64,000 nt of DNA from an uncultured Gammaproteobacteria bacterium (GCA_964651385.1 CAZYYM010000001.1:92168-156167), one strand, 5' to 3'; shown: positions 1 through 11,554, counted from the first letter of the stretch. The notes: a model not told the origin generated them from the sequence alone. A program made the numbers and translations.

Positions 1-662
1 ATGCGTGCAGCTGCGAGTCGATCGGGATTTCTACTGATATCGTACCAGTAGTCCCGCTGCATATTACCGTCCGACTCACCAACCACCGCACAACTAATAC
101 TATGGCGGGTTTTTTGCTGTGCCTGCAAAAAACTGTGAGTATTGCCATAAACCGAAATTCCGGCATTCATATCAACTGATGCTCCTTCTGAATTCACTAT
201 GCGAGCATCGTAATCCAATGCCGCACCTTCACATTCAAGTGCCAGGTCGATAACCGCCTCCGGGCTAATATCCCAGGGGTGAAACAAGTCAAGCGGTCTG
301 ATCTGCGTTGCCATTAAATCGGCCTCGGCCAGTCCGGCACAGGGGTCTTCAGAGGTATACCTGGCAATGTTACAGGCTGCCTCTACAGTTTTCTGTATAG
401 CCACCTGATCCAGATTGGACGTGCTCGCACTACCCTTGTGCTGGCCGAAATATACGCTGATGCCAAGACCATTGTCCTGTTGGTGTTCGATAGTTTCGAC
501 ATCACGCATGCGTGTCGCAACCGACAATCCCTGTGTTACCGATAAGCCGGCCTCAGCTTGTGAGGCACCTTTGTGCCGTGCCATTTTTAGAGTATCGGCG
601 ACCAGGTTTTTAAGTTCTTCCACATCGGGAAATGCTAAGATATCTGTGCTTTTATTATTCAT
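1..662 (-). CDS. pmbA: Metalloprotease PmbA/TldE, N-terminal part; the gene continues beyond the window start
   Basis: Reverse translation from ATG at 662-660 gives MNNKSTDILAFPDVEELKNLVADTLKMARHKGASQAEAGLSVTQGLSVATRMRDVETIEHQQDNGLGISVYF..., which aligns with the E. coli PmbA N-terminus. It is divergent from yjgA, as in E. coli. Confidence 0.85.
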   Translation of the reverse strand, partial: MNNKSTDILAFPDVEELKNLVADTLKMARHKGASQAEAGLSVTQGLSVATRMRDVETIEHQQDNGLGISVYFGQHKGSASTSNLDQVAIQKTVEAACNIARYTSEDPCAGLAEADLMATQIRPLDLFHPWDISPEAVIDLALECEGAALDYDARIVNSEGASVDMNAGISVYGNTHSFLQAQQKTRHSISCAVVGESDGNMQRDYWYDISRNPDRLAAAR

Positions 663-686
663 TGCTAAATTTTATCCTATCCAACT

Positions 687-1214
687 ATGGAAAACGACGC
701 TAATATTGAAGATGATAACGACATCGAATATGTCAGTAAATCCCAGCTTAAACGCGAAAGCCACGAAATCACCCGGCTGGGTAAACGGCTCACCGAATTA
801 TCGGCTGCGCAACTGGCCGATATCCCGCTCGACGAACCCGTTCGCGAAGCCATCGCACTGGCCCACAAGATACAAAATAAACGTTCAGCACTAAAGCGGC
901 ATTTTCTATTCCTGGGGAAATTGCTACGCTCCCGTGACACCGCTGCCATATTTACAGCAGTTGAACGATTTGACAAAACCAGTCAAATCGAGATTCAGCG
1001 ACACCACGCAGCCGAACGTTGGCGCGACCGGATTCTGGAACAGGGATTCGACGCAATCGAAAGCTTTGTGTCTCAACAAACGACTGCCGACCGGCAAAAG
1101 TTACGTCAATTGTGGCGGAACTATTCACGGTCGAATAATGATCGTAAAAGAATTCACAATGCCAGGCAGATTTACAAAGACGTCAAACTCGCCCTCGACA
1201 ACCTGTCAGTTTAA
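687..1214 (+). CDS. yjgA: Ribosome-associated protein YjgA/DarP (DUF615)
   Basis: 175-aa basic, helical protein. The yjgA-pmbA divergent arrangement is conserved in Enterobacteria. Confidence 0.8.
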   Translation: MENDANIEDDNDIEYVSKSQLKRESHEITRLGKRLTELSAAQLADIPLDEPVREAIALAHKIQNKRSALKRHFLFLGKLLRSRDTAAIFTAVERFDKTSQIEIQRHHAAERWRDRILEQGFDAIESFVSQQTTADRQKLRQLWRNYSRSNNDRKRIHNARQIYKDVKLALDNLSV

Positions 1215-2317
1215 TTATCCTCAGCCGATGCGGCAATGACGGGTGTCTGGCAAACGACATCGGCATTCTGACCCCGGTTGCGCAAGTAGTGATCCATCAG
1301 AACCAATGCCAGCATGGCTTCCGCAATCGGCGTCGCTCGAATACCGACACAGGGATCGTGCCTGCCCTTGGTTCTGATTTCAACAGGGTTACCGTCGACA
1401 TCGACACTATTTCCGGGTACATGCAAACTTGAGGTAGGCTTCAATGCGATATTGACAAGAATATCCTGGCCGGAAGTAATCCCACCGAGAGTCCCCCCGG
1501 CGTGATTAGACAAAAACCCGGCAGGCGATATTTCATCGCGGTGAACACTGCCTTTTTGTTCAATACTACTAAATCCGGCCCCTATCTCGACACCTTTAAC
1601 CGCGTTTATACTCATCATCGCATGTGCGATATCCGCATCAATCCGATCAAATATCGGTTCGCCCAGTCCCGGTGGAATTCCGCTGGCGATAACCGATATT
1701 TTTGCACCGATGGACTCGCCTTCTTTGCGTAACGCATCCATGTATTTCTCCATTTCAGAAACCTTACCTTTGTCCGGACAAAAAAAAGCGTTGTTATTGA
1801 CTTCACTCCAGTCAAACTTGTCCGGCTTTAATGGGCCGAGTTGGGAGAGGTAACCCCGAATTTGCATACCGCATTGCTCGGCCAGATATTTTTTGGCAAT
1901 GCCGCCAGCTGCAACACGCATCGCCGTTTCTCGAGCCGAGGACCGTCCGCCGCCGCGATAGTCACGTACCCCGTATTTCTGTGTATAGGTATAGTCCGCA
2001 TGGCCCGGTCGAAACTGCTTCATGATATTACCGTAATCTTTCGAACGCTGATCCTTGTTTTGAATGACCAGGGCGATAGGCGTACCCGTGGTTTTGCCTT
2101 CAAAGGTCCCCGATAATATCTGCACCGTATCGTCTTCGCGTCGCTGAGTGGTATACCGTGAAGTACCGGGCTTACGACGATCAAGGTCATGTTGTAAATC
2201 GACCTCGCTTAATTCAAGTCCCGGCGGGCAGCCATCAACAATGCAACCAATCGCAGTACCATGGCTCTCACCGAACGAGGTGACGACAAAAGACTTGCCA
2301 AAACTATTTCCTGACAT
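1211..2317 (-). CDS. aroC: Chorismate synthase
   Basis: 368 aa. The GxSHG and RSSARET motifs match AroC throughout. Confidence 0.95.
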   Translation of the reverse strand: MSGNSFGKSFVVTSFGESHGTAIGCIVDGCPPGLELSEVDLQHDLDRRKPGTSRYTTQRREDDTVQILSGTFEGKTTGTPIALVIQNKDQRSKDYGNIMKQFRPGHADYTYTQKYGVRDYRGGGRSSARETAMRVAAGGIAKKYLAEQCGMQIRGYLSQLGPLKPDKFDWSEVNNNAFFCPDKGKVSEMEKYMDALRKEGESIGAKISVIASGIPPGLGEPIFDRIDADIAHAMMSINAVKGVEIGAGFSSIEQKGSVHRDEISPAGFLSNHAGGTLGGITSGQDILVNIALKPTSSLHVPGNSVDVDGNPVEIRTKGRHDPCVGIRATPIAEAMLALVLMDHYLRNRGQNADVVCQTPVIAASAEDN

Positions 2318-2405
2318 TGAAATCCGACCTGTGGATTGAAAATATAACTATAATCGTTATCTAACGCATCAGCAGTCCAAATAATTCAGACACTCGATAA
2401 TTTAG

Positions 2406-2927
2406 ATGACCGAAAACCAGCATTCTACTAAAAAACTCGGCATGATGTTCACCCTCAGCGGCTGGATACTGGGTTTTTTATTACTGGGACTAATTTTCTC
2501 CAGGGTACTTGACAATCGAACCAATCCCAACCGTTCAATTGCGACGACTGCAACGGCGAACTATCAGGAAATAATCCTCCAGCGTAACCCCTTCGGACAC
2601 TATGTATTTGATGGTGAAATCAATCACAGACCAGTGACATTTCTGGTCGACACCGGTGCGACCATGACCGCTATTCCAGCTCAATTGAAAGACCGGCTTG
2701 GCCTAAAGGCAGGCCCTCCGTTTACCGTAACCACGGCCAACGGACTGGCTAAAGTCTATTCCACCCGCCTGGACAGTTTGAAGCTGGGAAATATTGTTCT
2801 CGAGGACATCAGCGCAAGTCTTAATCCCGGATTTACAGGTCAGGAAATTTTACTGGGAATGAATGTTCTGAAAAATATGGAATTGATTCAGCGTTCAGAT
2901 ACATTGATAATCAGGCAATACCATTGA
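2406..2927 (+). CDS. Membrane-anchored retropepsin-like (clan AA) aspartic protease
   Basis: N-terminal TM helix plus a DTGAT active-site motif (FLVDTGATMTAIP), typical of bacterial retropepsin-like proteases. Confidence 0.7.
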   Translation: MTENQHSTKKLGMMFTLSGWILGFLLLGLIFSRVLDNRTNPNRSIATTATANYQEIILQRNPFGHYVFDGEINHRPVTFLVDTGATMTAIPAQLKDRLGLKAGPPFTVTTANGLAKVYSTRLDSLKLGNIVLEDISASLNPGFTGQEILLGMNVLKNMELIQRSDTLIIRQYH

Positions 2928-3082
2928 ACCATCAAATTGAAAGCAGCACGATATGAATTTATCAAATTGTTATACATTTTGCTGAATTATCCGGAACTAA
3001 TCATTTACACTGATCTCTAAGCTGTCGTAATCCATTATTGGTTGCTTATAAATAAACACTAATTTTTTTGAGGAAAGAGTTC

Positions 3083-3337
3083 ATGAAAACAGTAAAAAAG
3101 GTATCAGGGGTCGCTTTGGCAGCAGCAGCAGCAGCAATGTTCGCAGTTGCGCCTATGAGTGGCGCCATCGCCGGCGAAAAAGCAGGTAAATGTTTCAACG
3201 TCAACTCCTGCAAAGGCACCAGCGCCTGTGCAACAGCCACTTCGAGCTGCGCCGGCCAAAACTCCTGCGCCGGTCAGGGTTGGGTTAAGCGTACAAAAAG
3301 TGAATGTGAAGGCGCCGGTGGTAAATTCGAAGCCTAA
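3083..3337 (+). CDS. DUF2282-type cysteine-rich secreted peptide (bufferin/BufA-like RiPP precursor)
   Basis: ATG at 3083 with an upstream GAGGAAAGAG RBS. Sec signal peptide with an Ala-rich h-region ending AIA|GE. The about 54-aa core carries 6 Cys at regular spacing (KCFNVNSCKGTSACATATSSCAGQNSCAGQ...SEC). It sits immediately upstream of DUF692 and DUF2063 genes. Confidence 0.7.
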   Translation: MKTVKKVSGVALAAAAAAMFAVAPMSGAIAGEKAGKCFNVNSCKGTSACATATSSCAGQNSCAGQGWVKRTKSECEGAGGKFEA

Positions 3338-3360
3338 GCTACGCTCAGTTCAGCAAGAAT

Positions 3361-3387
3361 GCACCGGCTGGTTCGGTGCATTTTTTT
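3361..3387 (+). terminator. Intrinsic terminator/attenuator between the precursor and enzyme genes
   Basis: GCACCG-gctggtt-CGGTGC followed by ATTTTTTT. It lies 24 nt after the precursor stop and 33 nt before the next start. Confidence 0.6.
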
Positions 3388-3419
3388 GCCTGCGATTCGC
3401 ACTGACATTGAGATAAGCT

Positions 3420-4256
3420 ATGCGACCCCAAACCGAAAAACCCTTCCTCGGCTTCGGCCTCGGACTACGTACCGAGCATTATGACGACATACTCGAACTG
3501 AAGCCAAAGCAGATAGACTGGCTTGAAATCATCAGCGAAAACTACATGGTCGATGGCGGCAAACCGCTTTATTATCTTGATACCATCCGTGAACAATATC
3601 CAATGGTCATGCACGGTGTATCCATGTCGCTCGGTAGTACCGATCCGTTGAATTACGATTATTTGAAGAAACTGAAAATACTCGTAAACCGGATCGAACC
3701 CGAATGGTTTTCCGATCACCTGTGCTGGACTGGAGTTGATCACAAGAATATGCACGACCTGCTGCCATTGCCTTATACCGAGCAGGCAGTGAATCACCTG
3801 GCGGACAGAATCTCGGCAGTGCAGGATTTCATGGGCAGGCAGATGTTAGTCGAAAACCTCTCCAGCTATATTACCTATTGCGACGACGCCATGACCGAAT
3901 GGGAGTTCCTCACCGCCATTGTCGAAAAGGCAGACTGCTATCTGTTACTCGATGTGAATAACATCTATGTCAGCAGTTTTAATCATCATTTCGATCCAAT
4001 TGAATATCTCGAAGGTGTCCCCGCAGAACGAATCTGGCAACACCACCTGGCTGGACATTCGAACGAAGGCAATTTGATCATCGACACTCATGATGCCGAT
4101 ATCATCGATCCGGTGTGGTCGCTCTACGAAGAGACCGCAAAATGCCTTGGGCCGGTTTCTACCATGATTGAACGCGACGGCAATATCCCCGAGCTTTCGA
4201 GTCTTTTGAATGAACTCGAACACGCGCAGCGCATCGCTAAACCCTACTACCAATGA
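3420..4256 (+). CDS. DUF692/UPF0276 protein (MbnB/BufB-like TIM-barrel, multinuclear non-heme iron enzyme)
   Basis: 278 aa. The N-terminal LGFGLGLRTEHY and the overall xylose-isomerase-like TIM-barrel pattern are typical of DUF692. It overlaps the downstream gene by 4 bp. Confidence 0.8.
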   Translation: MRPQTEKPFLGFGLGLRTEHYDDILELKPKQIDWLEIISENYMVDGGKPLYYLDTIREQYPMVMHGVSMSLGSTDPLNYDYLKKLKILVNRIEPEWFSDHLCWTGVDHKNMHDLLPLPYTEQAVNHLADRISAVQDFMGRQMLVENLSSYITYCDDAMTEWEFLTAIVEKADCYLLLDVNNIYVSSFNHHFDPIEYLEGVPAERIWQHHLAGHSNEGNLIIDTHDADIIDPVWSLYEETAKCLGPVSTMIERDGNIPELSSLLNELEHAQRIAKPYYQ

Positions 4257-5035
4257 GTCGATTACGCGAACTGCAATTACGATTTCAGGATTACCTGATC
4301 GGTATTAATGAAGATATTACAAGAGATATCGTCAGCACCCCCGAAGCGCTCGCCGAGCACCGACTCGGCGCTTATTACAATGCTTACCGCATCCGATTAA
4401 TCGATATTCTCGCGGTTGATTACTCCGCCGTCGAGAAGCACCTTGGTCGCCAGATCTTTGAAAACTTGACGCTCGATTACCTGGAGGAATGCCCATCAAC
4501 CGAACCGTCGGTGCGCTGGCTTGGCCAGAATTATGCTGAATATCTGGTTAAACATTGCGATAGAGATGATCATGAATTTCTCGCAGAGCTGGCTGGTTTC
4601 GAGTGGGCACAGGGTCGAATATTCGATGCTGAAGACGAAAAGGACCTGCTTCTGATCGACAATATGGCTCAGTTACCCGCCGAAGCCTGGCCGACACTCA
4701 AGATTCAATTTAAACCGGCACTGCAATGGCTTGACCTGTATTGGAATGTCTGCCCTTATTCCGTTGCACTTGATAGTGGTGAACCAACGCCGGAGCCACA
4801 TCGTGACGAATTTCCAGTACGCTGGTTACTCTGGCGAAAGAATCGAAACCCGAACTGGCGTTCACTCGAAGTTCATGAAGCCTGGGCAATCGAAGTAGCC
4901 CAACAGGGTGGAAACTTTGCCGAAATCTGTGCAGGACTTTGTGAGTGGATTTCGGAGGATCAGGTCGCTATCACTGCAGCGGGATTTTTGAAGCAGTGGG
5001 TTAGCGATGAACTTGTGGTCGGCGTAGATTACTAA
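4253..5035 (+). CDS. DUF2063 protein (BufC/MbnC-like partner of DUF692)
   Basis: 260 aa, translationally coupled (ATGA overlap) to the DUF692 gene. DUF692-DUF2063 pairing is canonical. Confidence 0.7.
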   Translation: MSRLRELQLRFQDYLIGINEDITRDIVSTPEALAEHRLGAYYNAYRIRLIDILAVDYSAVEKHLGRQIFENLTLDYLEECPSTEPSVRWLGQNYAEYLVKHCDRDDHEFLAELAGFEWAQGRIFDAEDEKDLLLIDNMAQLPAEAWPTLKIQFKPALQWLDLYWNVCPYSVALDSGEPTPEPHRDEFPVRWLLWRKNRNPNWRSLEVHEAWAIEVAQQGGNFAEICAGLCEWISEDQVAITAAGFLKQWVSDELVVGVDY

Positions 5036-5080
5036 ACACGACGTTAAAAGATTACACCATGTATCCATCCGTGTCCGGCA

Positions 5081-6166
5081 CTATAAACTTTTTCCTATCC
5101 AGGTTTCCGTAACGCCTAATTTTCCTACAATAGCACTGGAAAAGTCTTTAGCACTTTGCCTTGATTTAAATCCAGTAACAGCTATCCGGTAGCGCGTTTC
5201 TTCCTCGGATTCATGCACTTTTATCTGGGTACTGTAACCAACTGCTCGAAATTTCCTGTTTGCCTGTTTAGCGACGTCTTCAGAACGGGTAGAAAAGAGA
5301 TAGACTGAATAAGTAGCTGCTGCACTTTTTTCGCCATCAATTGACAATTGTTTTTCCCCGACTTTATCGGTTGTTACAGCTTCCTTATCAGTTTTTACAA
5401 TCACCTCGGCCTGATTTTTAAATTCCTTTGATTCTGCTAATAGCTTGTCATCCTGGATCCGGCGTACTTCTTGACCGGCTAGAGTTTCCTTCTGATTGAC
5501 TGCGGCTTCATCATTTTCAAGCCTTGAAGAATCCCCGCTATCTGGGAAATTCCAGTCATAAGAACCATTATCTTTGATTCGAATTTTGGTTCCTGCTTCA
5601 CTCAATACGATCGAATCTGAACTGATGGCACGGGTAATATGAACACTTCCAGACACTAATTCAATCAAAGACTGTCCATCTTGTCTGCTTACACAGAAAT
5701 GACCCACATGTCTTATTGTCAAAAACAGGTTGTTATCTACTCCTAATTTAAACCCGTTTTCCGGCTTGAGCGGCGAACCCAGAGTTATGCATATCCTACC
5801 GGTAATAATATACAGGTCTGCTCTATCATCAAATATTGTTGCTCCAGGACTGCTTTTATCCAATAATTGGATATCGGTATTCGCAAAGAGTTGCAATGCG
5901 ACACCGGCTTCAAGGTACATCTCGATACGACCCAAAACACCAGTGACAATATGATCACCGCTTTTCAACAGACTACTATTGGCCAGATCTGACTTCAGGT
6001 TATCTCGTTGCACCCAGACAGGTGGATTTTTTAAGCTAATAGAAGCGACAGGAGACGCCTGCAAAGGGGGCAAGCAAGCGAAACCGATAAACACTGTCAG
6101 CGCCCAGCCTATTTTTAGTATTGGCAATCTACCGAAAACTAAGACAAATCGATATAACATAGCCAT
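5081..6166 (-). CDS. Signal-anchored protein with a C-terminal SPOR (peptidoglycan-binding) domain
   Basis: N-terminal hydrophobic segment. The C-terminal 80 aa (YSVYLFSTRSEDVAKQANRKF...YRIAVTGFKSRQSAKDF) fit the SPOR fold pattern. Confidence 0.55.
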   Translation of the reverse strand: MAMLYRFVLVFGRLPILKIGWALTVFIGFACLPPLQASPVASISLKNPPVWVQRDNLKSDLANSSLLKSGDHIVTGVLGRIEMYLEAGVALQLFANTDIQLLDKSSPGATIFDDRADLYIITGRICITLGSPLKPENGFKLGVDNNLFLTIRHVGHFCVSRQDGQSLIELVSGSVHITRAISSDSIVLSEAGTKIRIKDNGSYDWNFPDSGDSSRLENDEAAVNQKETLAGQEVRRIQDDKLLAESKEFKNQAEVIVKTDKEAVTTDKVGEKQLSIDGEKSAAATYSVYLFSTRSEDVAKQANRKFRAVGYSTQIKVHESEEETRYRIAVTGFKSRQSAKDFSSAIVGKLGVTETWIGKSL

Positions 6167-6207
6167 TTTTTCTATTGCTCATTCATAGTTTAAATATAGT
6201 ACCCCTG

Positions 6208-7065
6208 CTACTTTCCTCCATAGTGCATTCCGATAAATTCTGCTAGCTTGCGCGCTGCAGTCGACGCCTTATCCGCATCATAGTGCATACCTAATTCTAC
6301 CTGTTGCAAGCGTCGCATCCGTTCTGCACTGCCCATGATAATCATGCCTTCACTAACCGTGTTTTTCGCCAGCGTGGTAACGCCAAGTCCTGCCATCACG
6401 CCCGCTCGAATACCGCCGTAGTTCTGACTGGTATAGACGATGTGCCAACGCTTGTCGAGTGCGTCCAGTGCATCGATCATGCGTTGCCGATAGATACAGC
6501 CTTCAGGGGCAACAATCAATGGCAACGGATCACGCTGACTGGCGTTTGAGTCGGGCCCACATACCCAGACGATATCCTCGTACCAGCTTTCCTTGTAATA
6601 ATCGGTCTGAGTGCCATCGTGTAGCGCCAAGACCAGGTCAAAGGCATCGCGTTTTAGCCGGTTGAGCAGGTTCACCGAGAGGTCGCAGGTGACCTGTAAC
6701 TGTACTTGCGGGTAAGACTGTGAAAATCGACTCAGTACCTCCGGGAACAGTCGCGACGCAGCAAATTCGTTCGGTATTCCCAGGTGCACTGAACCTTCAA
6801 CGTCCTGTTGTAATAGTTTTACCACTGCTTCATCGTTTAAAACGAGAATTTTTCGGGCATAATCGGTTAATTGCCGACCCGAATGGCTAAGCACCAGTTC
6901 ACGACTACTGCGTTCGTATAACCGCGTCTTCAGTAATTCTTCAAGGCGTTTAATTTGCAGGCTGACGGCTGGTTGTGAACGCCCGAGTTTGTCCCCGGCG
7001 CGTGTAAAACTACCGAGATCGGCGATAGTGACGAAGGTCCTTAATAAATCAATCGGTAAATTCAC
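6208..7065 (-). CDS. LysR-family transcriptional regulator
   Basis: The N-terminal helix-turn-helix [37 protein letters not shown] is typical of LysR regulators. It is divergent from gcvP. Confidence 0.85.
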   Translation of the reverse strand: MNLPIDLLRTFVTIADLGSFTRAGDKLGRSQPAVSLQIKRLEELLKTRLYERSSRELVLSHSGRQLTDYARKILVLNDEAVVKLLQQDVEGSVHLGIPNEFAASRLFPEVLSRFSQSYPQVQLQVTCDLSVNLLNRLKRDAFDLVLALHDGTQTDYYKESWYEDIVWVCGPDSNASQRDPLPLIVAPEGCIYRQRMIDALDALDKRWHIVYTSQNYGGIRAGVMAGLGVTTLAKNTVSEGMIIMGSAERMRRLQQVELGMHYDADKASTAARKLAEFIGMHYGGK

Positions 7066-7191
7066 ACTTCAATCATTTGCATTGTTAATGAATACATTAT
7101 AACTATAAACTATGCCAATATACGAATTGATTTAGAATATGAAAATTGGCACGAAGCGGCCCTGTCTTTCACGAATACGAGGAATTTTAAT

Positions 7192-10077
7192 ATGATGCTA
7201 AATCTCGACCTGAAACTGTCTGATCTTGATATTCGAACCGACTTTATTCGCCGTCATATCGGTCCCGGTTCGGTCGACGAACCGGCGATGCTTGCCGAAC
7301 TGGGTATGACGAGCCTGGATGAATTGCTCGACAAGGTTGTCCCCGAATCCATCCGTCGAAATAAACCACTAGCCGTAAAAGGAAGTCATACCGAACGCGA
7401 AGTACTTGACCGACTGTACGAAATTTCGATTCGTAATCAATTATATAAATCGTTTATCGGTATGGGTTACTACAATACACAAACACCTACTGTTATCGAA
7501 CGAAATCTGTTACGCAATCCAGCATGGTATACCGCTTATACGCCGTATCAAGCCGAAATATCGCAGGGCCGACTTGAAGCCCTGTTAAATTTCCAGACCA
7601 TGATTAGCGACCTGACCGGTATGGAACTGGCAAATGCTTCGATGCTCGATGAAGCGACTTCGGCAGCAGAAGCGATGACACTTTGCCAACGCATGTCAAA
7701 GAGTAAAAGCAAAAAATTCTTCGTTGCCGACTCCTGCCATCCACAAACTATTGCCGTTGTGCGTAACCGCGCCCAACATCTGGATATCGAGGTGATAGTG
7801 GGTAACCCTTTTGACAATTTCGGCGATCTCGAACTATTCGGGATACTTTTGCAGTACCCCAGTTCAACCGGTGAGATTCATAACTATAGCGACCTGGTTG
7901 CCAATATGCACGAAGGTAAAACGCTGGTCGCCGTTGCTGCGGATTTACTCAGCCTGACCTTGCTCACGCCACCCGGTGAATTTGATGCCGATGTGGTAGT
8001 CGGTAGCTCGCAACGATTTGGCGTACCACTTGGATACGGTGGCCCACATGCGGCCTTTATGGCTACCCGAGAGGCATTCAAACGTTCCATGCCCGGTCGC
8101 CTGATAGGTGTTTCGGTTGACACCCGTGGTGAACCCGCCATGCGGCTTGCATTACAAACCCGTGAACAACATATTCGTCGAGAGAAAGCCACCAGTAATA
8201 TCTGTACTGCACAGGCCCTGCTTGCGATCATGGCGAGCATGTACGCGGTATATCATGGCCCGGACGAAATTCGTCGCATTGCGCAGCGTATCCACCGATT
8301 AACGGTTTTACTCGCTGAGGGTTTACGCGAGCTTGGTTTGACGGTACCGACCAGACATTACTTCGACACAATTACGGTAAGCACCGGTAATGCTACAGAA
8401 TTCATCATGGCAGCGGCTCGCGCCGAAAAAATGAACCTTCGACAAGTTGACAGTGAAACCGTTGGAATCTCGCTCGATGAGATTGCCACACGCGAAGATG
8501 TCCGAACCCTGTTTAATATTTTTACCCATGACCTGGGTGCCGAGGTTTCTATCGACGATCTCGACAAACGCATCGGTTCTGCGTTACCAAAGGAATTGAT
8601 ACGTACCAGTAAATACCTGACCCATCCGGTTTTTTGCGAACATCACTCAGAAACCGATCTGATGCGTTATATGCGCAAGCTAGCTGACAAGGATCTGGCC
8701 CTCGACCGCAGCATGATTCCACTCGGATCCTGTACCATGAAGTTGAATTCAGCGACACAATTGATTCCCGTGACCTGGCCCGGATTTGGACGCATCCACC
8801 CATTCGTACCGCTCGATCAGGCACAGGGATACCAACAACTGTTTGTTGAATTCGAACAGATGCTTTGCGCCTGTACCGGTTACGACGCCATTTCACTGCA
8901 ACCGAATTCTGGCGCGCAGGGCGAATATTCTGGATTACTGGCGATCAAGGCATACCATCGGAGCCGCGGTCAGAGTCACCGTCATATCTGCCTGATTCCG
9001 GCATCTGCCCACGGCACTAATCCCGCCTCGGCGCAAATGGCCGGCATGAAAGTCGTCGTCGTTGCTGTTGCCAAAAGCGGCAATATCGATCTCGACGATT
9101 TACGTGCCAAAATCGATAAGCACGGTGATGATCTTGCCGCTATCATGATAACTTATCCGTCTACCCATGGTGTATTCGAAGACAATGTTACCGACGTCTG
9201 CAAAATGGTTCATGACCATGGCGGTCAGGTTTATATCGATGGCGCCAACATGAATGCGATGGTCGGGGTGTGTGCGCCGGGCAAATTTGGCGGTGATGTT
9301 TCGCATTTAAATTTACACAAAACTTTCAGCATTCCCCACGGTGGAGGTGGACCGGGTGTCGGGCCTATTGGGGTAAAATCTCATTTAAAGCCCTTCCTAC
9401 CCTCGACTAGTTTGAATCACAATAGCGACGGCGTCGGAGCTGTCGCCGCAGCGCCATTTGGTAGCGCAGGAATTCTGCCGATTAGCTGGGCCTATATTAC
9501 TTTGCTCGGTCGCCAGGGGCTGCCCAAAGCAACTGCTACCGCAATTTTAAATGCAAACTACGTCGCCAAACGTTTGAATGAACATTTTCCGGTTCTCTAC
9601 ACAGGCCCGAATGGTCTGGTTGCGCACGAATGTATTATCGACACGCGCATCATCAAGCAAACCTCGGGCATTACCGTCGACGACATAGCCAAGCGCCTGA
9701 TCGATTACGGCTTTCACGCACCGACCATGTCCTTCCCGGTACCGGGCACCTTGATGATTGAACCCACCGAGAGTGAATCGAAAGAAGAGATTGATCGTTT
9801 CTGCGACGCGATGATCGCGATCCGCGAAGAAATTCGCGAAATAGAAGAGGGCAATATGAATGCTGAAGACAATCCGCTTAAAAATGCGCCGCATACCAGT
9901 GACATGGTTTGCGCGGATGAATGGAACCACGCCTATAGCCGTGAACAGGCTGCATTTCCGCTGGCTTCGCTACGCAACTATAAATACTGGCCACCGGTCG
10001 GCCGCGTAGATAATGTCTATGGCGATACCCATTTAATCTGTTCCTGTCCGCCGTTGTCCAATTACGAAGACGAATAA
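7192..10077 (+). CDS. gcvP: Glycine dehydrogenase (decarboxylating), glycine cleavage P-protein
   Basis: 961 aa, colinear with GcvP. Confidence 0.95.
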   Translation: MMLNLDLKLSDLDIRTDFIRRHIGPGSVDEPAMLAELGMTSLDELLDKVVPESIRRNKPLAVKGSHTEREVLDRLYEISIRNQLYKSFIGMGYYNTQTPTVIERNLLRNPAWYTAYTPYQAEISQGRLEALLNFQTMISDLTGMELANASMLDEATSAAEAMTLCQRMSKSKSKKFFVADSCHPQTIAVVRNRAQHLDIEVIVGNPFDNFGDLELFGILLQYPSSTGEIHNYSDLVANMHEGKTLVAVAADLLSLTLLTPPGEFDADVVVGSSQRFGVPLGYGGPHAAFMATREAFKRSMPGRLIGVSVDTRGEPAMRLALQTREQHIRREKATSNICTAQALLAIMASMYAVYHGPDEIRRIAQRIHRLTVLLAEGLRELGLTVPTRHYFDTITVSTGNATEFIMAAARAEKMNLRQVDSETVGISLDEIATREDVRTLFNIFTHDLGAEVSIDDLDKRIGSALPKELIRTSKYLTHPVFCEHHSETDLMRYMRKLADKDLALDRSMIPLGSCTMKLNSATQLIPVTWPGFGRIHPFVPLDQAQGYQQLFVEFEQMLCACTGYDAISLQPNSGAQGEYSGLLAIKAYHRSRGQSHRHICLIPASAHGTNPASAQMAGMKVVVVAVAKSGNIDLDDLRAKIDKHGDDLAAIMITYPSTHGVFEDNVTDVCKMVHDHGGQVYIDGANMNAMVGVCAPGKFGGDVSHLNLHKTFSIPHGGGGPGVGPIGVKSHLKPFLPSTSLNHNSDGVGAVAAAPFGSAGILPISWAYITLLGRQGLPKATATAILNANYVAKRLNEHFPVLYTGPNGLVAHECIIDTRIIKQTSGITVDDIAKRLIDYGFHAPTMSFPVPGTLMIEPTESESKEEIDRFCDAMIAIREEIREIEEGNMNAEDNPLKNAPHTSDMVCADEWNHAYSREQAAFPLASLRNYKYWPPVGRVDNVYGDTHLICSCPPLSNYEDE

Positions 10078-10174
10078 ATCAAGCAAATATTTGTCGCAGA
10101 CAGGCCATTCCAGCATCGACTTATCTACTAATCTGGATATGTTCAGAGTGGTTACAGGCGTCTAGGATTCCTTC

Positions 10175-11554
10175 ATGGCAATTAGTGTTTTTGATTTATT
10201 TTCGATCGGTATAGGGCCCTCAAGTTCACATACGGTCGGACCGATGCGTGCGGCCAACCAATTTGCGCATACTCTGTTCGAAGAAGGTTTACTCGACGCA
10301 GTCGCTCGAGTCGAATCAGAGCTATTCGGATCATTGGGCGCAACCGGCAAAGGCCACGGTAGCGATACAGCTGTACTGCTAGGTCTCGAAGGTGAATTGC
10401 CCGAAACTGTCGACACAACGATTATTGTAGAGCGGCTCGAAGCGATTAGATCCTCCAGAATACTGACTTTGTTGGGCGAAAAGTCTATCCCCTTCAACGA
10501 AAAAGATGACCTGATTATGCACAAGCGCCAGACCCTGCCATTTCACCCCAATGGCATGACATTTCGAGCCTGCAATGCCGAAGGTGACATGCTACGCGAA
10601 GCGACCTTTTTTTCGGTCGGGGGTGGTTTCATTGTCGACGAACATGCGGCCGGAGCGGACCGTATCATCGAAGACGACACCCATCTGCCTTACCCGTTTC
10701 GATCAGCTGTCGACCTGCTAATTCTTTGCGCGAACAATACTATGAGCATTAGCGATATCATGCTCGAAAACGAAAAAGCATGGCACAGCGAAGACGAGAT
10801 TCGTGCCGGTTTGCTTAAAATATGGGCCGTCATGCAACATTGCGTCAACAACGGCTGCCTCAATGAAGGCATTTTACCGGGTGGAATGAAAGTCAAACGT
10901 CGCGCTGCAGATTTATATCGTACGTTGAGTAACCGACCGGAAATATCTCGACAGGATCCGTTGACATCACTCGACTGGGTAAATCTTTATGCACTCGCAG
11001 TCAATGAAGAAAATGCTGCCGGTGGCCGGGTCGTGACTGCGCCGACCAATGGCGCCGCCGGCATTATCCCGGCAGTAATGCATTACTATTATCATTTCTT
11101 TCCCGATGCCAGTGAAGACGGCATCGTTCGATTTTTACTGACCGCCGGCGCCATCGGTATTCTGTACAAGGAAAATGCCTCCATCTCGGGTGCTGAAGTC
11201 GGCTGCCAGGGTGAAGTCGGCTCCGCCTGCTCGATGGCTGCAGGTGCACTTACCGAAGTACTCGGCGGCACACCGGAACAGGTCGAAAATGCCGCGGAAA
11301 TCGGTATGGAACACAATCTGGGGTTGACCTGCGACCCGGTCGGCGGACTCGTACAGGTACCCTGTATCGAACGCAACGCCATGGCATCGGTAAAAGCCAT
11401 AAACGCTGCACGTATCGCCATGCGCGGCGACGGCCAACATTTTGTTTCTCTCGATAAGGTCATTAAAACCATGCGTGAGACCGGCGCCGATATGAAGACC
11501 AAATATAAGGAAACATCGCGCGGTGGTTTGGCGGTTAATATAATTGAGTGCTAG
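10175..11554 (+). CDS. sdaA: L-serine dehydratase (Fe-S type)
   Basis: 459 aa. [19 protein letters not shown]-terminus and C-terminal beta-chain region. Confidence 0.9.
   Translation: MAISVFDLFSIGIGPSSSHTVGPMRAANQFAHTLFEEGLLDAVARVESELFGSLGATGKGHGSDTAVLLGLEGELPETVDTTIIVERLEAIRSSRILTLLGEKSIPFNEKDDLIMHKRQTLPFHPNGMTFRACNAEGDMLREATFFSVGGGFIVDEHAAGADRIIEDDTHLPYPFRSAVDLLILCANNTMSISDIMLENEKAWHSEDEIRAGLLKIWAVMQHCVNNGCLNEGILPGGMKVKRRAADLYRTLSNRPEISRQDPLTSLDWVNLYALAVNEENAAGGRVVTAPTNGAAGIIPAVMHYYYHFFPDASEDGIVRFLLTAGAIGILYKENASISGAEVGCQGEVGSACSMAAGALTEVLGGTPEQVENAAEIGMEHNLGLTCDPVGGLVQVPCIERNAMASVKAINAARIAMRGDGQHFVSLDKVIKTMRETGADMKTKYKETSRGGLAVNIIEC

Noticed and set aside
415-894. 159-aa plus-strand ORF overlapping pmbA and yjgA
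   Set aside because: It is antisense to the well-supported pmbA N-terminus and runs into yjgA in another frame. Composition is protein-unlike (Cys and Trp rich).
3159-3416. 85-aa Ala/Pro/Val-rich ORF overlapping the precursor gene in another frame
   Set aside because: It is a frame-shifted shadow of the Ala/Cys-rich precursor gene and it spans the terminator hairpin. The in-frame signal-peptide reading is far more plausible.
7066-7191. Possible glycine riboswitch in the gcvP leader
   Set aside because: No recognisable glycine-aptamer core (ACCGAAGG...GGAGAG-type elements). The leader is short. It is more likely a LysR-controlled promoter.
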